DNA of 64,000 nucleotides from Polyangiaceae bacterium (GTDB lineage Bacteria; Myxococcota_A; Polyangia; Polyangiales; Polyangiaceae): NCBI GenBank assembly GCA_965222375.1, contig CBDCTZ010000009.1, positions 160,001 to 224,000 of the forward strand, read 5' to 3'. Shown piece by piece: positions 8,903 to 19,088 of this stretch (position 1 is its first letter; each line of letters starts with the position of its first letter). The notes under the pieces were generated by a model. It saw only the letters and a program-made list of their open reading frames with translations, ran no database searches and was not told where the DNA came from. The position numbers and the translations under genes were made by a program.

Positions 8903-9159
8903 GAGCCTTGCGCGAGCTGTTCGCTTTCGAGCTCTGCAAGCACTTCGTCAGCGTCAATGAGCTCGCCGGCGTCTGCTTGCGCGACGCTGCGGTCCAGGGC
9001 TCGATGCAAAGCGGCACGTTCCTCGTCGCTGAGGGAATCACCCTCCGAGTTGCACAGGTACACGGTGACCGACATGCCATTGGTGAGTTCCGCCGGTTCG
9101 TCGAGGACAATCTGCCCGTTCTTCACATGTGCTTTGAGCGCGTTCACGAGAGAGAGCAT
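8899..9159 (-). CDS. Putative antitoxin (C-terminus diverged from copy 1)
   Basis: Overlaps the toxin start by GTGA; N-terminus nearly identical to 1421-1660. Confidence 0.7.
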   Translation of the reverse strand: MLSLVNALKAHVKNGQIVLDEPAELTNGMSVTVYLCNSEGDSLSDEERAALHRALDRSVAQADAGELIDADEVLAELESEQLAQGS

Positions 9160-9354
9160 AGCACCTAGCCGCCCGTTGTCGGGGCCGCTTGCAACAAGGT
9201 CGCATCGCGTGGGGGCGGGCGGGCGCACCACGACGCCACGAGGTCAGCGCGGCGGGGCGGGGCCGCCGCGCTGACCGGGACGTCATCGCAGGCACGAGCG
9301 CGTGCAGTGGGGCGTGCACGCGACGCACACCGGGGAGCGCAGCCCCCCAGCGCG

Positions 9355-9384
9355 AGGAAACATAATTCCCTTGTTATGTTTAGC
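9355..9384. other. dif/cer-like site, copy 2
   Basis: aggaaacataa-ttcccttg-ttatgtttagc; arms identical to copy 1, one spacer change. Confidence 0.6.
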
Positions 9385-9513
9385 GAGCGAGGGCACCCGG
9401 CGGCGTGGGGCTTGCCAGACGTCAGCTACGACCTTTCGGGGTAGCGACCATCGGGAGCGTAGGGGCGTAGCCCCTGACCCGCCCACCGCAGGTGTGCAAG
9501 CCCCATGACGCCG

Positions 9514-9548
9514 GGCGGTGCGCATAAGGCAGCCTTATGCGCACCGCC
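9514..9548. repeat. 35-bp palindrome with XerC-type arms, copy 2
   Basis: Same arms as 2015-2049; central base is A instead of T. Confidence 0.75.
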
Positions 9549-9604
9549 GAGCGAGCGACTCGCGCTGGGGGGCGGAGCGGTTCGCGACGTAAAGTGCGCC
9601 ACGG

Positions 9605-10708
9605 CTACTCGCCGTCCTGGCGGCGCTGCCCCACGGCTAAGGGTGAGGAGCTTTTCTTTGCCGTAGCCGTCTGTGACGCCCTGTCTGCCCGTGATGGCTC
9701 GCGACGTCCCGTCGTCTTGGCCAGCGGGGGTTCGGGTTGCGCCGTCGGGTGCGTCGCTGCGTGGATCGCTTTGAGCTTCCGGATGCTCACTCGCGTGTAC
9801 ACTTGCGTCGATTCCAGCGACGTGTGCCCCAGCATTTCCTGCACGTAACGCACGTCGGCGCCGCCCTCGAGCATATGGGTGGCCATCGCGTGCCGAAACA
9901 CGTGACACGCTCCACGCTTGCCAGCCTTGCGCACGTAGCGTCGGATGTTCTGCGACAGCCCGGGGGGCAACAGTGCCTCGCCCATGTTCGTTAAGAAGAG
10001 GGCGCCGGGATCGGGCATCACCATCAGCTCGGGGCGCACGTCGCGGATGTAACGCTTCGCCCAGGCCAGCGCTCGCTCTCCCACCGGCAACATCCGATCT
10101 CGCTGCCCCTTGCCCTCACGCACCATCAGCGTCCCACGCTCCACGTCCAAATCGCTCAGGCTGAGCCCAGTCACCTCGCTGCGACGGATCCCCGTCGAGT
10201 ACATCAGCTCCAAAATCGCCCGGTCTCGCACCCCGAGCGCCGTGGAGGTGTTCACCTGGGACAGCACTTCCTCGACTTCTTCTGCGCTCAGCACGTCCCG
10301 GGGCAATCGATGCGGCAGCCGTGGAAGCTCCAGCTCGCTCGCAGGATTCGAGGGCAGGGCGTTTTGCTTGACCATCCACCGAAAGAAGCGCCGCACCGCC
10401 GTCAGCATCACGTGCTGCGTCCGAAACGACATCTGCGGGCCTCCGTCCGGCCGCCTGAGCAGGTACAAATGCCTCTGGTAGCGCTCCAGCATCGGCTTCG
10501 TGAGCTGCGACGGCCGATACAGGTTGCGGGCCTCGCACCACTGCACGAAGCGCCTCAGGCCGATCTGACGGCTCTCCACCGTGTGCGCCGAGTAGTTCCG
10601 CGTCTGCAGCCACTGCAAGAAGCGCTGCGACCAAATCCAAAACCCGTCCGGCTCGTTTGGATCACCAATCGGACGCGGGGGCTGCTTGTTGCCGCGCTTG
10701 ATCGGCAT
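9605..10708 (-). CDS. XerC/XerD-like tyrosine recombinase, copy 2
   Basis: 367 aa with the same catalytic motifs; a few substitutions, mostly in the C-terminal tail. Confidence 0.93.
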   Translation of the reverse strand: MPIKRGNKQPPRPIGDPNEPDGFWIWSQRFLQWLQTRNYSAHTVESRQIGLRRFVQWCEARNLYRPSQLTKPMLERYQRHLYLLRRPDGGPQMSFRTQHVMLTAVRRFFRWMVKQNALPSNPASELELPRLPHRLPRDVLSAEEVEEVLSQVNTSTALGVRDRAILELMYSTGIRRSEVTGLSLSDLDVERGTLMVREGKGQRDRMLPVGERALAWAKRYIRDVRPELMVMPDPGALFLTNMGEALLPPGLSQNIRRYVRKAGKRGACHVFRHAMATHMLEGGADVRYVQEMLGHTSLESTQVYTRVSIRKLKAIHAATHPTAQPEPPLAKTTGRREPSRADRASQTATAKKSSSPLAVGQRRQDGE

Positions 10709-10711
10709 CGC

Positions 10712-13700
10712 TCAGCGCCCCCGTGCTTGTACGACGCCACTTGCGTACGACGATTGTGACAGACCGTTCCCGCGACGTGCGTTTTTGCCGCTCGCGGCGT
10801 TGCGATCACCATTCGAGCCGTTTTGCTCCTGCGCCGCCCGGTTTTCACCACCCCGACCACCCCCCGACCGGGGGCCGACCAGGGGCCGACCGACCCCCGC
10901 GAAGTTGGGGTCTGACCCCCGCGAAGTTGCCTCCGTGCCCCGCGAAGTATGCGTCGTACTCGACGCATCGAGTCCTTCCGCGTCGACGAGACCCGCAAGC
11001 GATGTGCCTGCGCCCTCCTCGCTGCTCCAACACAGCTCGTACACGTAGCTTTGACCCTGACGCCCACGATGCACCAGCACGTACTCCAGCTCCGCCAGCC
11101 GCCCCAGGTGCACCTTCAGCTGCGTGTCGCCCCAGCCGCTGTGCTCCCGCAGCTCTCGGCGGCTAAATCGATAGTCGCACCGGTTCAAGCCGAGCCGCTT
11201 CGTCTCCTGGGCGACCAGCGCGTCGACGAGGCCGAGCAAGCGCCGCGTTTGCGGCGGCAGCTCGTCCAGGCTCCGGCCCAGCACCTCGCGGGTCAGGCGG
11301 TTCGCTAGCTCGATGTCCTCGCGCGTCACCTCCACATACCTCAGCTTCGCTCCCCGATGCTCCACCTCCTGCACCGGCCGCTGGTACTGGTGCAGCAGCG
11401 CGATCGTCTCGATCAGACCCAGGTACTTCGTGTGATCTCGACGCATCCGTGTTCGATGATCTGGAAACGTCAGCTGCTCTGCGTAGGGATTCACCACCGA
11501 AAGCGGCCTCAAAAGGCGTTGAGCGTTCTGGTGCAGTTCCAGCAGGCGTGCCCGCTCGTGCCGGGTCTTCACTCCCTCCAGCGTCCGTAGTTGTCGCTGA
11601 CGCTCGTGGATCGCTCGCGTTTGCTCCCGCCCCTCGTCCACCGTCAGCACGATGCAGCGGTTGAGCAGCTCTTCGTCTACCTCGATCGCCGTCGTCGTCA
11701 AGAAGATCATCACCGGCCCCTGCACCCGGTACTCCTGCGTCACCAGCCGTCCCGTCGCGGGATCTTTGCCCGTGCTTGCGATGGTGAGTTCGCCTTCGCT
11801 CTGCAGCAGCTTCAGCGCGTAGCTCGCTCGCTCGGCGCCCTCTTCCTCCACGATGGCCAAGATCTTGTGCGCCAGATCGCTCTCGCCCATGTAAAACAAG
11901 CTCTGCCCCGTCATCGCCGAGTACTGCACCCGCTCTTCCTCGGGCATCAGACACAGCACCGCATCCATCAACGAGCTCTTGCCCGCCGCGCTCGAGCTTT
12001 GGATGATCACCGCCAGTGGCTCATCCAGTTTCCGGCTGGTGGCAGCTAAGTAGCCGACGAGTTTGTTCGTTTGCTCGCCCACCACTCCGCAGCGCTGGAA
12101 GTCCTCCAAGATCCGCTCGACCAATTTCGGATCTCGCAGCAGCTCCAGTGCTGCCTTCCGAGCCACATCGCCCATCTGCGCGGGCTTCGCCTCGGCCTCG
12201 GCGGCTTTGCGCTCGGCTTCTTGCCGCTCCTCGAGCTTCAAGAGCACCGCGCCCAGCTCCCGCTTCACCACCCGCTCCTCCAGGCCCAGCTCTGTCGCCG
12301 CTTCCTTCGTGAAGACGCCGCGCTGCCTCGCCGAGTACAGCTCCACCGTGTCCACGTGAAACGCCCCGCCCGCTCGCGAGACGTGGAGGTTCGTGCGTAG
12401 CTGTTCCGGGCCTCCCTTCGACGCCAACCGTACTCGCCAACGTCGATCGCCAAATCGAAACACCAGGTCATCACCCACCACCTCCAGCTCCACGCTCGGA
12501 TTTGCAGCTAAGGAGGGATGGGGTGGGGGCGGACTTGCTGGCGGCTGCTTCGCAATGATCACCACCTCGGCTTCGTTGACTTCGGCAGGCTGTGTGACTT
12601 GTCGCTCTGTCAACTCAGTCGGCTCGGCTGCAGCCGGCCGTGGTTTGCCTTCGCTGATCCACTCCGCCTGACGCAGCGAAAGGCCCAAGCTCTGCGACGC
12701 CGGCGCCACCTTCAACGCGTACTCGTTGGCGTCCATGCCCTTCGGAAACAGCACGCGTGCGCTGCCCACTGACAGCTCCGCCAGCTCTCGCGACAGCTTG
12801 TCTGCTGCGCGATCGCCGGCGTCGTCCCGATCGTAGGCGATGAGCACGCGCTCGACACCGCGCGTCGTCAGCGCCGTGCGCAGCTCATCGGTGAAGCCCT
12901 CCACGCCGTAGGCCGTCGTCACGTTCCGATAGCCTGCGCACCAGAAGGTCAGCGCGTCGATCAGGCTTTCGCAAAGAATCACTTCCCGGGCGTCTGCAAT
13001 GCCGGAGAGGTTCCAGACGCCGCGATGGGGGCCGGGCAAGTACAGGTGCATTGGTGTCCCCGGACGCAGTCGAGGCGTGATCTTACGCCCGTACATCTCC
13101 ACCACCTGACCCTCGGCGTCGAAGACCGGAATGACCAGCGAGCCATTTAGGTGCTCGTGACCGCTCTGTCGGTACACACCGACCTCCGCCAGCCGCCTCC
13201 GTAGCTCTCCGCCCCGGTGGCGGTTCTTCGCTGGCAAACGGTAGCCTAGCGTGCGGTTCGAGAAGCCAAGCTGGAAGCGCTCGATGGCTTCGTCGTTTCT
13301 CAGACCGCGCTTTTCCAAGTACGCCAGCGCCTCCGGGCTCTCCAACAGCGCTTGGTGGTAGTAGGCGACAACCTCGCGCAGCAGCTCGTCGTTGTCCGCG
13401 CTCTGTGCTCCCACCACCGGCAGCTTCCTTGCCGTGCCGTACTTCGGCGGCCGTCGCTTCGGCGACTCTGCAGCTAAGGAGGGTAGGTCCTTACGCAGCA
13501 CTTCCACCGCGTGCCGAAAGCTCACCCCCTCGGCCTTCATCACCCAATCGATCACTGTCCCGCCCGCCTGACACGCTCCCAGGCAGTGCCAGAGGTTCTT
13601 CTCGGGCGTCACCACCAGGCTTGGCTCTCGGTCGTCGTGAAACGGGCACAGCCCGATCAGATCCGAGCCGTGCTTCTTCAGCGCCACGCCCCGCGCCTCC

Positions 13701-13765
13701 GCGAGCCGCTCCACCGAAATCTCTCGCTTCAAAGCCCGGATTTCTTCCTCGCTTACTCTCGCCAT
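10712..13765 (-). CDS. CHC2/Toprim primase-NTPase, copy 2
   Basis: Nearly identical to 3212-6265; differences only near the C-terminus. Confidence 0.9.
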   Translation of the reverse strand: MARVSEEEIRALKREISVERLAEARGVALKKHGSDLIGLCPFHDDREPSLVVTPEKNLWHCLGACQAGGTVIDWVMKAEGVSFRHAVEVLRKDLPSLAAESPKRRPPKYGTARKLPVVGAQSADNDELLREVVAYYHQALLESPEALAYLEKRGLRNDEAIERFQLGFSNRTLGYRLPAKNRHRGGELRRRLAEVGVYRQSGHEHLNGSLVIPVFDAEGQVVEMYGRKITPRLRPGTPMHLYLPGPHRGVWNLSGIADAREVILCESLIDALTFWCAGYRNVTTAYGVEGFTDELRTALTTRGVERVLIAYDRDDAGDRAADKLSRELAELSVGSARVLFPKGMDANEYALKVAPASQSLGLSLRQAEWISEGKPRPAAAEPTELTERQVTQPAEVNEAEVVIIAKQPPASPPPPHPSLAANPSVELEVVGDDLVFRFGDRRWRVRLASKGGPEQLRTNLHVSRAGGAFHVDTVELYSARQRGVFTKEAATELGLEERVVKRELGAVLLKLEERQEAERKAAEAEAKPAQMGDVARKAALELLRDPKLVERILEDFQRCGVVGEQTNKLVGYLAATSRKLDEPLAVIIQSSSAAGKSSLMDAVLCLMPEEERVQYSAMTGQSLFYMGESDLAHKILAIVEEEGAERASYALKLLQSEGELTIASTGKDPATGRLVTQEYRVQGPVMIFLTTTAIEVDEELLNRCIVLTVDEGREQTRAIHERQRQLRTLEGVKTRHERARLLELHQNAQRLLRPLSVVNPYAEQLTFPDHRTRMRRDHTKYLGLIETIALLHQYQRPVQEVEHRGAKLRYVEVTREDIELANRLTREVLGRSLDELPPQTRRLLGLVDALVAQETKRLGLNRCDYRFSRRELREHSGWGDTQLKVHLGRLAELEYVLVHRGRQGQSYVYELCWSSEEGAGTSLAGLVDAEGLDASSTTHTSRGTEATSRGSDPNFAGVGRPLVGPRSGGGRGGENRAAQEQNGSNGDRNAASGKNARRGNGLSQSSYASGVVQARGR
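10853..10948. repeat. Iteron-like repeats, copy 2
   Basis: CCGACC x4 and CCCCGCGAAGT x3 retained, while bases between the repeats differ from copy 1. Confidence 0.7.
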
Positions 13766-13837
13766 CTCACGCTCCCGCAGAAAAAGGCTGTCAAGTGCAA
13801 AGAGCAACTCGACGGTACTTGTTGACGGGATCATGGA

Positions 13838-13855
13838 TTACATAATATTTTGTAA
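13838..13855. promoter_or_regulatory. Putative operator, copy 2
   Basis: TTACA-N8-TGTAA. Confidence 0.5.
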
Positions 13856-13917
13856 ACGTGCAAGCGCGTAGTCCTCCCCGACCAGGGCTTTGTGAAACCC
13901 ACCCTTACACTCAGGGC

Positions 13918-14289
13918 ATGGGTCGAAAGCTCTCTACCCGCCGTCCAAGGCAGGGCGCCAAGCTTGCCTCGCTTCGCCGCGACGCCGGTCTCACCCAAAC
14001 CGAGCTCGCCCGCCTCGTCGGCGAAAAGCAGCAAACTATCGCCTACTGGGAGAAGAGCAGCAGGCCCCCTCGCTCGGATGTCCTACCCAAGCTCGCCAAG
14101 GTTCTCGGCGTCCGCATCGACGATCTGATCAACGAAAAGCCCTCGCCGCCCAACCAGCGTCCGCGACCGAGCGGTGGAAGAGTGCAGAAGCTCTTCGACG
14201 AGGTTTCCAGGCTCCCCAGGCGCCAACAAGACAAGGTCGTCGAGTTCGTTTCCGCCTTCATCGAGCAATACAAGCGTCAGGCGAGCTAA
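13918..14289 (+). CDS. XRE-family HTH repressor, copy 2
   Basis: Identical translation to 6418-6789. Confidence 0.9.
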   Translation: MGRKLSTRRPRQGAKLASLRRDAGLTQTELARLVGEKQQTIAYWEKSSRPPRSDVLPKLAKVLGVRIDDLINEKPSPPNQRPRPSGGRVQKLFDEVSRLPRRQQDKVVEFVSAFIEQYKRQAS

Positions 14290-14581
14290 CCGGCAGTGCA
14301 AATCTGCACGCCACCATCCACGTCACTGGCTGGCTAATGCGGCCGTTAGGCCAGACGGCGCCGGGGGAGTCCATGCTCGGATCGAGTTCAGCGTGAGCGG
14401 CCGACTGCGTCGATGTTTGGCGCTGCGCCGCAGGCCAACGAAGCATTAGCCAGACTCAATCTGTCGACTCGAGACCGCGCTTGCGCGCTCCACGGCTCGC
14501 CCCGCGCCGGACTCATGAGCGTCCGCCGCGGGGCTGGGAGGCGAGCACACACGGCTTGAGCGAAGGAGGGAACCAAGCTCA

Positions 14582-14947
14582 TCAATGTTCGTCTTCGAGG
14601 CGCTGCCTCCAATTCGCCAGTTCGCGTGCTGCGTCCACATTGTCGTCGCGCGGACTAACAACATTCTCCGCGTCAAGGGCGTTGACGCAAGTGGTGGGTG
14701 TATCGAGAAGCTCGTCTACCCCCTCAGGAACAAACCGGATCTCGTGGTTCCGGTGGCGGATCAGAAACCCCTCAACCACACGTCCGAAAAATTCATCTCG
14801 CGTCCTCCAGCGCTTCTGCTGCGAATCGTACACACCATCCATGGTTGTCTCAGGCAGCTCCGATCCGTCGCTAGAGACGCGATACACCTTCCCAAACGAC
14901 AGGTAGCTTCGACAGTCAAAACAGAGAAGATGGTAGGTGCTAGCCAT
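14582..14947 (-). CDS. Putative immunity protein, copy 2
   Basis: Identical translation to 7082-7447. Confidence 0.7.
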   Translation of the reverse strand: MASTYHLLCFDCRSYLSFGKVYRVSSDGSELPETTMDGVYDSQQKRWRTRDEFFGRVVEGFLIRHRNHEIRFVPEGVDELLDTPTTCVNALDAENVVSPRDDNVDAARELANWRQRLEDEH

Positions 14948-14953
14948 AGTTCC

Positions 14954-15876
14954 TCAAAACGTTGCGTCGAGTCCGTGCTTTGTAATTATCCGGACTGTTT
15001 GGCCTCGTTGGACGAATCCCTTTCTTGCTGCCTCACGATACCCCATCAGCGCCTGGACGTTTGTAAGAGGGCTCTTGCGCAGATCGATGATTGCGTTGGG
15101 TCCCTGACGTAGCGCTTCGTTTATCCTCGTCGCAACCTTCGAAGGATTTGCTGTTGTCAGTTGTTTCAGTTCGTAGCGCTGCCCAGTCTCCAAAACCCTT
15201 ATGTCTGCTCCAGCCTTGCCTTTTCCTGCCAGTTCGACGTTGTAGCCTTTGCTGGAGAAGTATTCGTGAGCAAATGCCCGCTCCCCTGGCGACGCTCTCG
15301 TCAGTTCTCTCACACTGCCCGCGGTTCGAGTAATTGCTCCCGAGCCCGATTGCACCGCATCCGTGCTCGCTTTCCCACCTCGAAGTCCGGCAACCCACTG
15401 GTTCGCTTTCTTCCCCAGGTCGTTGATTTGCTGACCAAGTGACTTCACAAACTTCGGTGCCGCTTTGACGATCTTTGGCGCCGCTCTGATCAGCCCCACG
15501 CCGCTTGTCACCATTATCGACGCGTTGGGATCGGCCACGGTCTTGCATCCCGCATCTCCGCAAAGCGACATTCCGGCAGCCGGCCCGCTCGACAACACCT
15601 GCGCCGTACCGACCACATCACGTATGGCTTTTCCGTCGGTAGCTCGCGGCACCTGCGCCGTCGAACTCGGCGCCCCGCGCGCGCCTGAGCTCGGATCTGG
15701 CGCAACTGGATCGTCTGTAGTGCCGGGACACCCGCCCGACCCCTCGTTCGGGCACAGTCCCACCGGGTCAATCGCCTTCAGCGTCTGTCCGCTCACATAG
15801 GCATACACGTTCAAGTCCGCCCCAAGCCCGTGCACCGTGAGCGGATCCGCACTCACCCACCGATTCAAGTGCGTGC
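14954..15876 (-). pseudogene. 3' part (tip A) of the full-length Rhs toxin, cut off by IS21
   Basis: Removing the IS and one CGTGC copy joins ...TYFGKRFLST to HLNRWVSADP in frame, giving ~2553 aa. Confidence 0.9.
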
Positions 15877-16138
15877 TGTCAACGGGCATCCGAAACGGCG
15901 TCTAAGTGGGCGGCATGGCGGAGGTGCCCATATTTGCGCGTGAGTGATGCCCGGATTTACGCCGTCGGATAGAGCGCGTGAAATTGGGCCCGGTCGGGTG
16001 GGCGCTTGGATGATCTCGATGCCCAGATAGATGAAAGGCCCGGGGCGCAACCCGAGCCTTTCCAACCGCGATCAGTTGTGGCGCAAGCATCGCTGATAGC
16101 GGCGTACGGATCCAGAAAACTGCTGGGCGGAGTCCGCG

Positions 16139-16771
16139 ATCAGCGATTCGTTCCGGCTTTTCAACTGTCAGCGGTGCCACGGCCAGGTGAAGCTTTGCCA
16201 ACGTTGCGACCGAGGGCAGCTGTATTGCAGCAGTGACTGCGCTTCAATAAGTCGCAGCCAAAGCGTGCGAGAGGCGGGGGCTCGGTACCAGCGCACGCGC
16301 CGTGGAGCGCGGCTTCACGCAGAGCGACAAGCCCGTCACCGGGCGCGGCGGCGAGAAAAAGTGACGCATCACCCCTCGTCATTAGACGCCAGCAGGCGCA
16401 GCAGTGGACCCGAGAGTGAGGCGGCACGGCACGCCGTCCTCGAGGCTAACCCCAATGATGCGTCTGACAGCCCAGCTTCAGGTTTCGAAAACGGAGATGC
16501 AGCTTCTGGTGACGTCTCCGGAACAAGGGGATGTGCTGAAAGCGAGGCTGTCGCTGCGACCGTCTCACCCTCGCGCTCTTCTGACATTGCTCGAAGGGCT
16601 CGCGCTGTGGAGCGGGGCGAAGCTCTGCGTTGCGATTACTGCGGAGCAGAACTGCCCAAGTTGGCTCGACTCGGGGCTGTTTGGCGACGAGCTATGGCCC
16701 GGGGAAAGCCAACTCGTGCAGTACGAGGTCGCCGGCCGCGCCCGCCCAAAGCGCCTACGAGGCGTGGGTGA
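16139..16771 (+). CDS. IS21 passenger ORF with Cys-rich (CxxC...CxxC...CxxxC) N-terminus; start uncertain
   Basis: Frame reads FNCQRCHGQVKLCQRCDRGQLYCSSDC and extends upstream of the tracked GTG at 16187; a GGAG precedes ATC at 16139. Confidence 0.45.
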   Translation: MSDSFRLFNCQRCHGQVKLCQRCDRGQLYCSSDCASISRSQSVREAGARYQRTRRGARLHAERQARHRARRREKVTHHPSSLDASRRSSGPESEAARHAVLEANPNDASDSPASGFENGDAASGDVSGTRGCAESEAVAATVSPSRSSDIARRARAVERGEALRCDYCGAELPKLARLGAVWRRAMARGKPTRAVRGRRPRPPKAPTRRG

Positions 16772-16805
16772 CTTTCGTCGCATGCGTGGACGAGGTGCGC
16801 GGTGA
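16455..16805 (+). CDS. IS21 passenger hypothetical protein
   Basis: MMRLTAQL...[16 protein letters not shown]; its stop overlaps the istA start (GTGA). Confidence 0.6.
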   Translation: MMRLTAQLQVSKTEMQLLVTSPEQGDVLKARLSLRPSHPRALLTLLEGLALWSGAKLCVAITAEQNCPSWLDSGLFGDELWPGESQLVQYEVAGRARPKRLRGVGDFRRMRGRGAR

Positions 16806-18313
16806 TCAGCAAGGAGCGCAGAGCCGAAATCCTCCGGCTGTACCACGCGGAGAAGTGGAAGATCGGGACGATTGCCCAGCAGCTTGGCATCCACCACGGC
16901 ACGGTGCGGCGTGTCCTGCGAGACGCCGGGGTCGACACGGTGTCCCGGAGTCTGCGTCCGTCAATTACAGATCCCTACGTCCCACTGATCATCGAGACGC
17001 TGGCGCAGTACCCGAAGCTGCCGGCGATCCGCGTTTACGCGATGGCGAAAGAGCGGGGCTACCAGGGCGGCTCAGATCATTTTCGCCGCATCGTCGCTCG
17101 ACACAGACCGCGACCAACAGCGGAAGCGTACATGCGTTTGCGCACGCTGCCTGGCGAACAGGGCCAAGTGGATTGGGCGCATTTCGGGACTCTTTCAGTT
17201 GGGCGAGCGAGCCGGCAGCTGATGGCATTTGTGATGGTGCTCAGCTGGTCGCGGATGGTGTTTCTACGCTTCTACCTGAACGCCAACATGTCGAGTTTTC
17301 TTCACGGGCATGTGTCTGCGTTTGATTTCTGGGCAGGCGTTCCACGGGTCCTGCTGTACGACAATCTCAAGAGTGCGGTGCTGGAGCGCAAGGGCGATGC
17401 GATCCGTTTTCACCCCACGCTGCTGGAGTTAGCTGGCCACTATCGCTACGAGCCACGCCCAGTCGCGGTGGCACGCGGCAATGAGAAGGGCCGCGTCGAG
17501 CGCGCGATCCGCTACATCAGATCCAGCTTCTTCGCCGCACGCGAGTATCGCGATCTCGACGATCTGAATGAGCAAGCACTCGACTGGTGCCTGGGCACTG
17601 CGGCGGAGCGTCGTTGTCCCGAGGATGAGACCCTGAACGTCTCGGAGGCCTTCGCCGAAGAGAAGCCGCGTCTGTTGGAGCTACCGAGCAATCCATTTTT
17701 GACCGACGAGCGCATCGAGGTTGCCGTGGGCAAGACGCCCTACGTGCGTTTCGACCTGAACGACTACTCCATTCCGGCAACGCACACGCGCAGGAGCCTC
17801 ACCGTGGTGGCAAGCATGACGACCGTGCGTGTCCTCGACGGTGAAGACACCATCGCGGAGCACGCCCGGTGCTGGGATCGCCGTCAGGCGATCGAGGAGC
17901 CGGCACACATTGCGGCGCTTGCAGAGTGGAAACGGCAAGCCCACGCGCATCGCGGCCTTGATCGCTTGCATCACGCGGCGCCATCTTCCCGAAAGCTTTT
18001 CAAAGTGCTGGCCGAGCAGGGCAAGAACCTGGGCGGCGCGACGATTGCGATGCTCAAGCAGCTGGACCGAGTTGGGGCAGCGGAGCTGGAAGCTGCGCTC
18101 GCCGAGGTTGTGCAACTCGGCACGCCACACCTTGCCGCTGTGCACCACGTCCTGGAGCGACGCCGCTACGAGCGCGGCACCCCTCCACCCGTGGGGCGAC
18201 ATCTTCCCGACGACGACCGTGTGCAAGGCCCGGTCGTCACCCCGCATTCACTCAGCGACTACGACGGTATTGGGAGAGACGATGATGACAACGACGACGA
18301 GCGATCAGGCTGA
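16802..18313 (+). CDS. istA: IS21 transposase IstA
   Basis: N-terminal [25 protein letters not shown] (DDE). Confidence 0.95.
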   Translation: MISKERRAEILRLYHAEKWKIGTIAQQLGIHHGTVRRVLRDAGVDTVSRSLRPSITDPYVPLIIETLAQYPKLPAIRVYAMAKERGYQGGSDHFRRIVARHRPRPTAEAYMRLRTLPGEQGQVDWAHFGTLSVGRASRQLMAFVMVLSWSRMVFLRFYLNANMSSFLHGHVSAFDFWAGVPRVLLYDNLKSAVLERKGDAIRFHPTLLELAGHYRYEPRPVAVARGNEKGRVERAIRYIRSSFFAAREYRDLDDLNEQALDWCLGTAAERRCPEDETLNVSEAFAEEKPRLLELPSNPFLTDERIEVAVGKTPYVRFDLNDYSIPATHTRRSLTVVASMTTVRVLDGEDTIAEHARCWDRRQAIEEPAHIAALAEWKRQAHAHRGLDRLHHAAPSSRKLFKVLAEQGKNLGGATIAMLKQLDRVGAAELEAALAEVVQLGTPHLAAVHHVLERRRYERGTPPPVGRHLPDDDRVQGPVVTPHSLSDYDGIGRDDDDNDDERSG

Positions 18314-19049
18314 CAAGGATCTGCGAGAGCGTGCGCACCGCCTGGGGTTGCACGGTCTTCTGGCCAACTGGGACGACGTGGTGAGCGCAGATTGGCTTGG
18401 TCCGTTGCTCGCCTACGAGGAAGCCGAACGCACCCGGCGCAGTCTGGAGCGTCGCATCAAAAATGCCCGGCTGGGTCGATTCAAGCCGCTCACCGACTTC
18501 GATTGGAAGTGGCCGAAGAAGATCGACAAGAGCTCCGTCGACGAGCTCTTTCGCCTCAACCTATTCGCCGAAGGCGCCAATGCCGTGTTGCTTGGGCCCA
18601 ACGGCGTCGGCAAGACGATGTTGCTCAAAAATCTCGCACATCACTGCGTGATGCGCGGCTATACGGTGCGTTTCACCACAGCCAGCGCCATGCTCAACGA
18701 ACTTGCGGGTCAAGACAGCAGCGCCGCCCTCAGCCGTCGCCTGCGCCAATACACCCACCCGCAGCTCCTGTGCGTCGACGAGGTCGGTTACCTTTCCTAC
18801 GACAGCCGCTATGCCGATCTGCTCTTCGAGGTCGTCACCAGACGCTACGAGGCGCTCAAGCCCGTCGTCCTGACCACGAACAAGCCCTTCAGCGAGTGGC
18901 CCGACGTCTTTCCCCACGCCGCCTGCGTCGTCACCTTGGTCGATCGCCTCATCCACCGCTGCGAAGTCATCCACATCCAGGGCCAGAGTTACCGCGCAAA
19001 GGAAGCCAAAGAACGCGCCGCCTCCAAAAAGGCGAACAAGCCCACTTAG
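18282..19049 (+). CDS. istB: IS21 helper ATPase IstB
   Basis: GPNGVGKT Walker [10 protein letters not shown] Walker [15 protein letters not shown]; start ATG 18282 or 18285. Confidence 0.95.
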   Translation: MMTTTTSDQADKDLRERAHRLGLHGLLANWDDVVSADWLGPLLAYEEAERTRRSLERRIKNARLGRFKPLTDFDWKWPKKIDKSSVDELFRLNLFAEGANAVLLGPNGVGKTMLLKNLAHHCVMRGYTVRFTTASAMLNELAGQDSSAALSRRLRQYTHPQLLCVDEVGYLSYDSRYADLLFEVVTRRYEALKPVVLTTNKPFSEWPDVFPHAACVVTLVDRLIHRCEVIHIQGQSYRAKEAKERAASKKANKPT

Positions 19050-19088
19050 ACGCGCCCATCTATGCGCCCTTTTTCATGACCGCTAACA

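Larger units (their letters stand above)
15877..19088 (+). mobile_element. IS21-family insertion sequence (3212 bp)
   Basis: TG...CA ends (TGTCAACGGGCAT / reverse complement TGTTAGCGGTCAT), shared internal motif GCGTCTAAGTGGGC, 5-bp target duplication CGTGC (15872-15876 and 19089-19093), istA and istB. Confidence 0.95.

Noticed and set aside
908..15876. Tandem 7.5-kb repeat as a pure assembly artefact
   Set aside because: The copies differ in TA genes, recombinase and primase tail and have coherent att junctions. Mis-phasing of the identical part cannot be excluded without reads.
17829..18281. N-terminal extension of IstB in the ORF track
   Set aside because: Overlaps istA out of frame; the IstB-like sequence begins at 18282/18285.
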